Shown here: piece by piece, positions 53,693 through 64,000 of the stretch
How the letters are laid out: each line of letters opens with the position of its first letter
How positions within the stretch are numbered: the first letter of the stretch is position 1
Source: Nymphaea colorata
Taxonomy: Eukaryota
Assembly (NCBI RefSeq): GCF_008831285.2
Contig: NC_045138.2
Location: 19,654,001-19,718,000 of the forward strand
Reading direction: 5' to 3'
DNA length: 64,000 bases
Translations under genes and position numbers: made by a program
Notes under the pieces: model-generated
Databases searched by the model: none
The model's input: the letters and a program-made list of their open reading frames with translations, nothing else
Told to the model about the DNA's origin: nothing

Positions 53693-56475
53693 CCCTGAAT
53701 CTCCCCATATATGTGAGGTTACATCTGAAATCAAAAGATATCGAATGTCCCCTAATCAGGGACATAGCCAAGAAGCCGACAAAAGGCCCTCGCCTTACTC
53801 AGCTTTGAAAAAAATCCTAGCCCAGTCATTGCCCACTAATCCAATTAATGCATTCTCTCTCAAGAGGAACATGGTGATCAATTATGGAGTTTCTTTATAA
53901 AAGTTGTTAAAGGTGGTTCGACAATAAAGATATCGATGGAGTGTCTCATGGAGTGTTTAATGAACATACCCACCCAACCAACGTATTTGGAGTAGCCTTA
54001 TGAAACAATTTAAAGTTCACATTATCATTTTATTGGGTTTTACATAATATAAAGTATGATAAGAAGATCATAATCTTGCCTCAAACACATGATATAATTA
54101 CAAATTTTGTATATGTAATTATCTAAATTAGAAAACATATACATATGCTCTTGAAACATCAATTTGTAAAGTGGTGGAGGGGAGTTAGAAGCTGAAGAAT
54201 GTATCGATATAACCTTTCGTCACCGGAAAGCATGTTTATAAAGATACAATATATTCTTTGCGGACCACTCTCTTTCTCTCTTAATTTCAATGCCCCTGAT
54301 GACAAGAAGAAGAACAAACTGGTGTGGCCCCACTTAAGGCTACGCACCGGGGTTTGGACCGCCGGTGGTACTCGGCGCCTGGCGCGACTTAGGCTCGGGC
54401 GAGCTCGAAAAAAAGGGTATTGGATCGGTCCAAAATGTTATCGAGCCGGTTTGGGTGGGCCCGATAAGCTTGAGTGGATCGATAACATTTGTTAATATTA
54501 TATATATATAATTATGATATTTTATTATAATTTTTAATATTTATATATTATTTTTAAAAAATATATATATATTTTTATAATTTAATCGAGTCGAACCCAG
54601 GTCGAACTCGAACCCAGGTTTCGAGTGTTCCCGATGCCCAGCTGCGAAAGGATCTTTGGCTCTTTCGGCGCGTTGTCGGAGTCGAGAGTTTCAGATATTG
54701 CACAAAACTTCCGGAAAATGAAGGGAGGAATTTGAGATTTTATAAATGGAGAAGGGTGTTTCAGTCCAACAGTTGCTTGAAAGACACGCAACGAAGTGAA
54801 CGAAAGCAATGACCAGGAGATGGTTCCCCTTTCCCGCCAGATGGTTTTACCGCCTTGTAAATTACAGAAAAGTCCTCAAATTTGAACATTTTCTAGAAAT
54901 GCTACTCCAATGAATGTCATGTCCGTGGAACCTCACAGGAGTCGGAGAACTTTAATTTTTCTTTTTTTCTGGAAGGGGGTTTTCTCGTCGAGGGTAGTTT
55001 TGGTAAAACGACCTGCTTGCCCGGAGCACCTGGTTTTTCCCGTCAATTTTTCCACTTCCGCCGGCGCTTCCGTCAAGCGGCCGCCGAGGAACTCCCGCGG
55101 CGCTCTTCGTCCTTCTTCCGGCAGATCCGTCCGTTTTTAGGCCGTCCCGTCGCCGATGATCCCCCAACTTCACCTGGTTGATGGAATATGAAGAGCTTGG
55201 TAGTGGCGTCTCTGTCCCTCTCTTTATTGTTACTTTGTTAGTTATCGATTATGTTTCTGCCTCATTGCTTTATGTTGTTTTGTTTTATTTATTTGTTTCT
55301 CGTCCCTTGACATTGGAATTTTCTTGAGGGTTTAGGTAGGGCTTTAACTGCACGAGTATTTTTAGATTCTTTTTTCTTTGTGTATTATTTTGTGCAACGA
55401 TTGAAAATGTTGAGGTTTTTTCATCTACGATTCTCTTAAGAAGGTTTTCTCTTCAACACAACTGTTTCAGATTTTTGTTTCTGTCCCGAATAGGGTTTAG
55501 CATATCATGCTTCAAGATTAGGGTTTCCGCCGCTGTGTAACCTGTGTTGATTAGGTTTTAGTTCAGTCTCTGAATGTCCGTTCCAGGTTTTTTCTATGCT
55601 TTCGTGTGAAAGTTTTGACGGGGGAGTGGGTGGTAGCTGAAGTAGTACTCGTTTGAGGGTTTGAAGTGGAGTTCGGTACGGGGGCCCGAGTGAAACATTG
55701 ATCTTTCCTCGTAGGATCTTGTATTTCAATATTCTGCATTTAGGATTCGAGGGAGTTGCTTGGTCTGCTCGTGATTGAAGGGGTTGGTAGTTCTACATGT
55801 ACTGTACGTTTTGAAACTGAAATTATGGTTAGTTGTTTATTGGAAGCATTGGGGATGATTATGCTGGTAATGTCTAATAGTATATTCTAGAATTTGAGAA
55901 GAACTGCAAATTCGTTGCTTATGGTCTGTATAGGAGTTTGAGAAGAATGGGAATTGGTTGGTTACGGTTTTTAGAGGAATTAAGGTGTTTCTGTATGGTC
56001 TTCGATCTTGGGATTTGGTTCTGGGTTATGATAGGGTGTAATTTCACGGAGAAGATGTTATCAGAGTTTTATCTAGTATTCCAAATCAGGGAGCAGAATT
56101 TATGTTCGGTTTTTGAGCTTAAAATTGGACTTTGGAGTCCAAATTATGCTAAAAGAAAATGAACACTTCTTATGGTGTTGTAAATTTTCTTATATGGATT
56201 ATGATGCAGAAAAACTATGATTTTGATCATGCTAGTTGATTTTCAGGGTGTCTAATGATCAATCTCGATACATAGTCCCATTTGTCGCTACAATTGAGGC
56301 TTACGTAGGGGACTGAGGGTAATACGCTTGACTTTCAGGTGCAGGAAAACTTAATGTTTGGAATAAACTAGATCTATCTTGGTACCTGTTTTGAATTTGT
56401 ATTCATTTATTGGTTATTTTCACTAAGTTGGTATTCAGAATCTGCACATTGCTGCATTTGTTGATCAAAAGTCGA

Positions 56476-56606
56476 TCGTGTTCTTTGGTTCTTAACTTTG
56501 AATATGCATGTTGCTTGTTCATTACTGACTTCTTGAGGAGAAACCTCTCGTGTTCTTTGGTTCTTAACTTTGAATGTGCATGTTGCTTGTTCGTTACTGA
56601 CTTCTT
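56476..56606 (+). repeat. 72-bp-period tandem duplication in the presumed 5' intron of the EMSY-like gene
   Basis: TCGTGTTCTTTGGTTCTTAACTTTGAAT(A/G)TGCATGTTGCTTGTTC(A/G)TTACTGACTTCTT occurs twice. Confidence 0.9.
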
Positions 56607-56812
56607 TTGGTGATAACAGATTTATATTCTTGGTTATACCATGTTTAAAATAAGCTAATAAAGGAAGGTGCATTTGATTGCATTGAGGCCCTTAAAGAAT
56701 AGAATAGACAAAGCTATGATATGAGACCCTGGCCTTCACAATCTGGACTAATGGGCATTTGATTACCTCTGATCTACTCTGATCCTTAGGATCTGAGATT
56801 AATGGAGTTAAC

Positions 56813-57077
56813 ATCAGATTCTCCCTCCTCTGTTCTTAGATCAGACCTTTTGGCCAGTGTTAAAGAGTAAAATGAGGATCTCAAATGTGGATCTTTGGTC
56901 GGACCTAGGATTCTTAGTTTGATGAACCGTGGAACTTCGTGTGGATCAGATTCTCCCTCCTCTGATCTTAGATCAGACCTTTTGCCAGTGTCAAAGAGTA
57001 AAATGAGGATCTCAAATGTGAATCTTTGGTCAGACCTAGGATCCTTAGTTTGATGAACCATGGAACTTCATGTGGAA
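56813..57077 (+). repeat. About 132-bp tandem duplication
   Basis: ATCAGATTCTCCCTCCTCTG...TGGAACTTC(G/A)TGTGGA occurs twice with few mismatches. Confidence 0.9.
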
Positions 57078-57766
57078 CTTGGCTTAGTGAAAGTGTGCTG
57101 CATCAGATACATGGTTCAAAAATTAGAGGTAATCAAACATCCCCTGTGTTTCAGGATCAAAGTTCCCTAACCATAAGGTGTTCATTGGAATTTGTTGGAC
57201 ATGATAAAATTTCTTCTTTTTCATATCTTTAAGACCTGGTTAAATAGTATCTTGCTAGAGCTACCTGTGGACATTCTGTTCATGTGATGTCTTCATCCCA
57301 AATTTATATGAAATGGAGGGCCAACAAGTAGTTTGATTGGCAACTTCCTTATTTAAATGAAAACTTTGGGGACACAGAGACAAAATAATGGAAACATCAA
57401 GCAAAGTTTAGCCTTGACCTCCAACTTCAAACTCATAAGCAAACCTGCCTAGGTCAGTGTATGAAATGTGGTTCTCTTGTTGGATTCTTCTTTTAGTAAT
57501 CTGTACTTAGGAACTTAAGTTTTTGGTTTTTCTTTCATCATTTATGTAACTTATTTGATTATGCTGCTATATATGATTTATTTCATGAAAAGATGGGGAG
57601 GGGAATGGAGGATTTCTAGCGAACACTGAAAGGTTTGCATTTTTGAACAGGATTATATGATGATTTCCCTCTGCATATCGTCGTGTTTACTGGAGGACCT
57701 GTATGCTGTACTGGAAGTGTGAGAGCATCTAGAGAATTGGTAGCCCAGGGACGTGCCTAGCCTGAT

Positions 57767-60700
57767 ATGGAAGAAGAGATACATGGCTTGGAGAGAGGGG
57801 CATATAATGCCGTCCTGAAAGCTTTTATTGCTCAATCAGATGATCTTTCTTGGGTATGTGTCTTAGCTTATGCCCTTATTTGCATCTCTGAAGTTGTTCA
57901 ATTTGCAGAACTATATTGCTGTTCTTTTTCTCAATTTGCTTGTAGACCAGGTTCTTCAATGAAAATGACCCGCTGAGTTCTTTTCAGTCCAAAGAAAAAC
58001 TCATGTCTGAGTTAAGGAAGGAGCTTAGGGTTTCAGATGTTGAGCACAGAGAAAGCTTAGCTATAGTTGATTCAGATGATTTGCTCAGACTTATAAGGTC
58101 TGTGTTCTTCTCTTTTCTCCTCTTGTTTTCTATTTAAAGCTTCTTTTGTTTCTGAAATCATTCAAAATAGGGAGTGGAGGACAGGAGGTGCCAGGCCTCA
58201 GGAACTTTTACCAGTTACTGCTGGTATGGTTTCTAGTTCAACAAGTCTATCCCGCAAGAAACTGAAAACAGCACATCTCACCACGGCAGCATCTCCAAAC
58301 TGTTTGCCTTGGGTGCAATCCACATCAGCACTCCCTTCAGGCCATCTTGTGGTTTCGTCGTCAAATTATATGCTGGCCCATACACAAGCTTCACCTGCAG
58401 CAATTCCTTCTGTAAGTTTTCAATGTAAAGCGTATCTGCCTGCTTGAGGTTAAACTTGAAAATTGTCTTTTTATGCAAACATAGTTTGCGACTCCTTTTG
58501 TTCTTTACAGTGTTTTGCTATTCTGATTCTGTTTTTTGTATTCTATATGTGATTCCTTTTCCACTTCTGTCTTAAGAATGGAGGTTATTAGATTGAATTT
58601 GTTGGTGTATCTGTAGCCCGTAGGTTGTATACTTTTCTTGCAAGTTTTCATGTGCACACTTGTTATTAACTTGACTTTGCTTGGTTTTCTAGCCTGTAGC
58701 CTGTCTTCAGACTTTTATATGCCAAAGGAATGGATTTCTTGTCTGATGCTTCCCTGATATGGGTAGGTGCATAAGAGAGACAACAAATGGATTGAAGAAA
58801 AACCTGTAAATCAAGGAAAGACTGAAGGGGCTGTGAAACCTGTGCCAGGCAAAGGAAGGGGAGCTCTTAAAGTACATTTTGGCAAGAATTATGCCCCTTT
58901 ACCAGGTGGTGGTGTCAAGAAAGGCACGGACAAGATTGAAATTCGTGACACACGCATAATTCTTAATGAGGTGAGGTATATATTAAAATTTAATTGTGTG
59001 AGTTTCTGATGTAAAACTATTGCAAGTCAACTGTCAACTGCATAGAAAATTTATTAAAACTGTAGAACAAGTATCTCCATTGTCGACTGTCGAGCATGAG
59101 AACACAGACTTGTAAAGGCATATGAATGATAACAACCTGCTCATCTGTATAGTGAATGCATGAAGTAATGTGTTCCAACTTCATTATTTGATGTAAACGC
59201 CTCTGTTTTGGTTGTAACCTGTGGTCCTTCAATTAAATTTGTCATGATATTTGTATGATAAGCAACTTCAGTGGATGCTGAGTTGCTAAAAGCTAAGTAA
59301 CATGGATCAACTTGGGTGTGGGTGAGGCAAAGGGCAATTCACCTTTTTCTTTTTTGGGTCAAACCATTTTTAAAATCATAGCTTGTTAATTGTTAATTAT
59401 TAGTTTTTGTTTATTGTGAACTATATGTATTTATAGATATGTATATATTATTATATACAGATTTTTATAAGGTTGTGAGTTACATAATCGTTCCTGGTAT
59501 GATTAGATTGCTCCAACCTCATTATATGCTAAGAGTATGATTTCTAGCATTGCTTTTGAAAGACCCTATGTCCCTAGCAAAAGTAAGGCCAACAAATACG
59601 TAAAATTGCCCTTTTCATGCTAAGCATGTAGATGAGTGCATACTTGTTGCTATAAACATTATAGTCTGACATAGCTTCACTGTTCCATTGTTCACGTGTA
59701 TGGCAAATTGAAACACCAAATATTTAAAAAAGTCATCTCTCATCCTGGTAACTCAGAAACTCCTGCTATCATGCAATTTTTGTATGTCTTTAAGTGCTAA
59801 ACCTATTTTATGTTACAGTGTTTCACTTTCGTCATTTTCTTATGATGTTGTCTGATGTGTATCAATTATCCTCTCTTCTTTAAAATGGAATCTAAACTGG
59901 ATTCCCATGTTAACCTCAAGATGTGGGTGAAACTTTGTGAATGTAGTAACTTCATAAAAAGGATTGCAGGAATCACATAAACTGTTTCTTAATATTCTTA
60001 GTATCACCGGAGCTGTTTCATTTTTCTGAAGAAAATGGCAAGCAGGACCTTATCAGCTGATTGCCTGATTGGTTATTTTATATTTTTTTACTTAAAAATT
60101 TTAATATTTGTTGCTATTTATTAAAAGGAGTTGAGGCTGATTTGACTTGATCAGCCAGTGTATAGGCCAATATTTATTATGTATGTTTAGGTATGACATG
60201 ATGCACATGTCTACACATGATGTAGCAACTCTGCTGTCTTTTTTTTGGGGGGGATGGCAGCAAACATTGCTCGTTGAAATTTAATCATGTTTTTGTCTTG
60301 TCTCCTTGTGTGCTTTAGTTGTTTATTTCCCAATGAATACAGGAGACACTGTATTTATTTGTTCATCTCATGTTTGTCACCTCCCTTCCTAGTGCACTTA
60401 TCTCTCTATGGATCTCTTCCTTCAATTTGACTGATCCAGCATAATGCCAAAGAAGAAATGTTGTACTTTCCTTTTGTCTTTTGGCATTTCTTTCCAACTT
60501 GTCCTTGTAGCTGAATTGAATGGTTGTAGTTAATGCCCCTCCACTTTGTTCATGAGTTATCTAATCTTTTTCAGACCAGGCACAGAAGTTAGATCTGTCC
60601 TCCTGATCATATGGAGACAGTTTATGCCTCTGCTCTTGGTCTAATTTATCTCTTAAGTGTTCTATATTGTCTTGGACAGGTTGAAAGGGTATGTGGAGTA

Positions 60701-61700
60701 GCAAGTCCTGATCCTGTTCTGGTAGAGAAAGCCAAATCGATTCTCAAAGTAAAGCATTGATCACCCTCCTCTCATTATGTTGTTATTCTTCTCTCTAAAA
60801 ACAAACTTGTTTTGTGAAATTGATAAAAATTTCCAGTTAAGAAGTCTCATGAATATTGCAGGAACACGAGCAATCCCTCCTTGATGCTATTGAAAAGCTT
60901 GGCAGTATGTCAGATTTTGGTAAGGCATTAACCATCCATCCCTTATCCTTTATAGTACATTTCAGCGATCAAAATTATAAGTTACTTTTGTCCAGTCCAG
61001 CCATATAGAAGTGATTTACATGGTTGGTTTTGGTGACCATCAATTTTGGGGACATTTTTGGTATACCAACATGGTTTTGTAGATAATGTCTCATTGTCAT
61101 TTCTGATCACTAAATTTTGAAATGTTTACAAGGTCATATGTAAATACAAGGCTCTTCCAACTTAACAGCGGCTCATATCAAGTTAACTATCCAGATTACA
61201 TAGGCATGGTACAACTTGAATAAACCAACTCAGAGCCTGTTTTTTTTTTTTTCCAAATTTCTGCTTAACTTCTCTTTCCTTTCGTATGTACACACAGGCC
61301 AAACCTATTTAGTCTTGCAGTTTTGAACTGATGTATCCCTCATGGCCCAAATACTGCTGACAATGAACGGCAACAGTTCATCCCTTTAATGCAAATGATA
61401 AAAATTTAATAGGACAAAAACTTGAGTGCCGGTGATCATGAAGAGAAGAAAGAGAAAGAAAGCTTCCAGAACCGTGCCTATTTGACCTTATTTTAACAGA
61501 TGATGTATGAATTAACTGGTCAATTTCTCATGTATCTATCTGGCTTCTAAGCCTCAACTTGATATTTTTTTTCAGGTGTTTCTCTGGAACAAGGTTATAC
61601 TCAAGGTGAACGCTTGAGGACCTATGGAAGTGAAGGATCTGATGGCGATCAACCTGATAAGGCACACATCAAATCTGCTGATCGTCGAAGAAAGCAATAA
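57767..61700 (+). CDS. EMSY-like ENT-domain protein; exons 57767-57853, 57988-58097, 58171-58411, 58767-58970, 60680-60748, 60862-60919, 61576-61700
   Basis: ENT domain MEEEIHGLERGAYNAVLKAFIAQSDDLSW|SKEKLMSELRKELRVSDVEHRE...R|EWR. C-terminal EML-type IEIRDT..NE|VERV...EKAKSILK|EHEQSLLDAIEKL and EGSDGD. No Agenet domain seen. The start codon and last exon are less certain. A GC-rich non-coding first exon is likely near 55000-55200. Confidence 0.82.
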
Positions 61701-64000
61701 AGGCCAAAGCTTTTTATTTGTATCATATGGAAGCTGATCTGTAAATTCCCCATGCCATTTAATCACCCAAGATGGTATCCTTTTTTGTACATTCCAATTA
61801 ATTAGGTTCTACAGGTAAGACCACTGTGTTTTGTCGGGGCCTCTTTCTGCGCTAGGTTAAGTTGTTCATTGTGACCCATTCTCTTGCCACAGCATCTGTA
61901 TCCTTAGTTGCTTTGTACTTTTACAAAGAAAGTGATCGATATTTTCATTTCTCTGTTGGCATGTTTTTCAGAGGATCAGAGGATAAACACATTGAGCTTG
62001 TTTCTCTATGTGTTTGAGTCACTTTATATTGTCGCTCCATATGGCGGCAGGCCAAAGTTTAAAGTTCATGATTTGGAAGAAGGTTTAGCAAATTTTTACA
62101 AGATCAAGTGCCTTGTCAAACAAATTCCAACATTAGAGGTTATCACCGGAAGCCATTGAAACTTTCTACGTAGTTATGCATAACATTTTGCCAAAACTCA
62201 AGAAATGAGTTTCATGCAAGTTCGGTATAAAACGTTAATCTTTAAGAAGCCTTTAAGGCTTGAACTCTATTTTTCTTCCAGGTATCAGTGGGAAGTTTGG
62301 AGGTCGACAGAGTTCTTTAATTCATACAAGGATGTTTAAGCCCGCTGATCGGTACACCTGTCACAGAATGGAGTGTTCTCTTCTATGCTTTCCATCTATC
62401 CGGCGGAATGCCAAGTAGGACTCCCTCGCTTGCATCGCGAAGCACGAACATCACGCAATCCAACATCCTCTGCAATCTAAGATGCGTTTATTTATGTACG
62501 TGATTTCCCAGGGAACTTGTGAGGAGATGAGGTTAGTCGGCAAAGCGAAGCAAACCAAGAAGGTTCTCGAAGACCACGGAAGGAGAAGACGAAGGTTTGG
62601 AGCGATGAATCTTAAGGGAAAAGAAAGTTGAATGAGGAAATTCATGGTGTTTCCACAGTTCCACCGTTGTTGTCAACCGTCGGACTCCAGGATAAGCCAG
62701 TCGGGCGGGTCATGGTTCATTACCAGTTGACTAACTAGGCACGTTTTGGGCCGTATATGCATTTGTTAGTTTTTCACCTTGGTGAGAGTTTGAGAATTTT
62801 CAACAAACAGTTGCTGAACATACATAATAAATGCATAAAGATGGAAAGCATAAAGTGTTAGGCAGTCGGACTTCCAGTTTTTTATTAGTAAAAAAATACT
62901 TTGGTACGAAGAAAGAAAAGAAATTAAGAGAGATACTCCAAAGAGGCTGAACCCTCTTCTCATTTCCTCCAGGTTTTGCATTAAAAATTAAAACTTAAGT
63001 TGAGAGTTGCATTAAAACTTAGGTTGAGAGTGATATTCATATACCTGTCAACTATAATGTCATACCTGTCAACTATTGTTCATAGTTCAGATGAGTAGTA
63101 TCTATTAGAATAGAATTAAGAAATTTGACCAGCTGCAATTGTTCGTACTATGGAAGAACTAAGTTTATTTGGCTGCGGGGATATACTATGAGTATCACAA
63201 GAAACTGCTTATAGATTGAGAGAAACTCATGGAACTCTAGTTTTAGTGTTTCATGAATTACACCAATCTTTACAACTTCAGGCACACCAAAATCCAAGAT
63301 TATATATTGCCATGCAGCAGGGACAATGTCTGACATCCTCACAAGGAAGAAGAATGGGTAAAGACCATGCCTGCATAAGCACCGCTGATCTGGTCATGAC
63401 TCCTGGCTCCTGGATCATTCATCTGCTTGCACGCTTATCATAAGGATGCTCTATTGTTTGGTTGTGGTTTCGGAAGTAGGCTGTTTTTGGTTTGCGCCTT
63501 GCTGACTTGTGTAAAATAAAAGAGGTGGGAAGGTGCAGTACTTTGATGTGTTCTTGTTTCTATTTAATTGAGATGGGCGGCGAAGCGGTGCTCTTGTGAT
63601 GATTGGTGGTGGTGGTGGTGGTGGAGAGGGGATGAGCGGAGGAAGTGGTAGTGGTGGACCGGTGGTGGTGGTTAGTGAGGAGAGGGAAGCCATTAGTCCG
63701 GCACATCAGGAGCTGCCTCAGACCAACAAATTGCCATCTTAGGGCAGCCAAGGCAGGTAGGACAAGGGAGCGGTTGCAGCGCAGCTATTATTGCAACGAA
63801 GATTCTGCACTCTTTTTCCTGTTTGCTCGACATCTCCAAGCTGGTGGTTGATGAGCCTGAAATTGCGAAATTCTAAAATTAATCAAACAAAAAATTTTGA
63901 TTCTGAAATTATAGGTTCATTCTTCAGAATTATGATCCTATCATAAGGGGTGGACTTATGATTTAGAAACTTTTAAAAGTTTTCATTTTTTAGATACATG

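Overview
This is flowering-plant nuclear DNA: AT-rich, with spliced genes, microsatellites and many small transposons. Protein genes rebuilt by hand from splice signals: an intronless short-chain dehydrogenase (6902-7756, +), NDF5-like (24780-27423, -), a three-member GH17+X8 beta-1,3-glucanase array on the - strand (two intact copies and one multiply disabled pseudogene) interrupted by a five-exon RPL37a/eL43 gene (31754-33738, +), and an EMSY-like ENT-domain gene (about 57651-61700, +) with an in-frame stop just before its ENT domain. RNA genes: tRNA-Pro(UGG) and, invisible to the ORF track, an apparent non-coding snoRNA host locus at about 21.5-22.2 kb (-). That locus carries a double-guide C/D snoRNA and an H/ACA-type hairpin that matches 18S rRNA and may be a single-hairpin AGA-box guide. 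Mobile DNA includes a hAT element nested in another hAT MITE and carrying a captured methylesterase exon, Tourist-like MITEs, a TRIM retroelement, and a short retroposon-like family with long target duplications. Family assignments and rRNA target sequences come from my recall of conserved motifs; no database searches were run.
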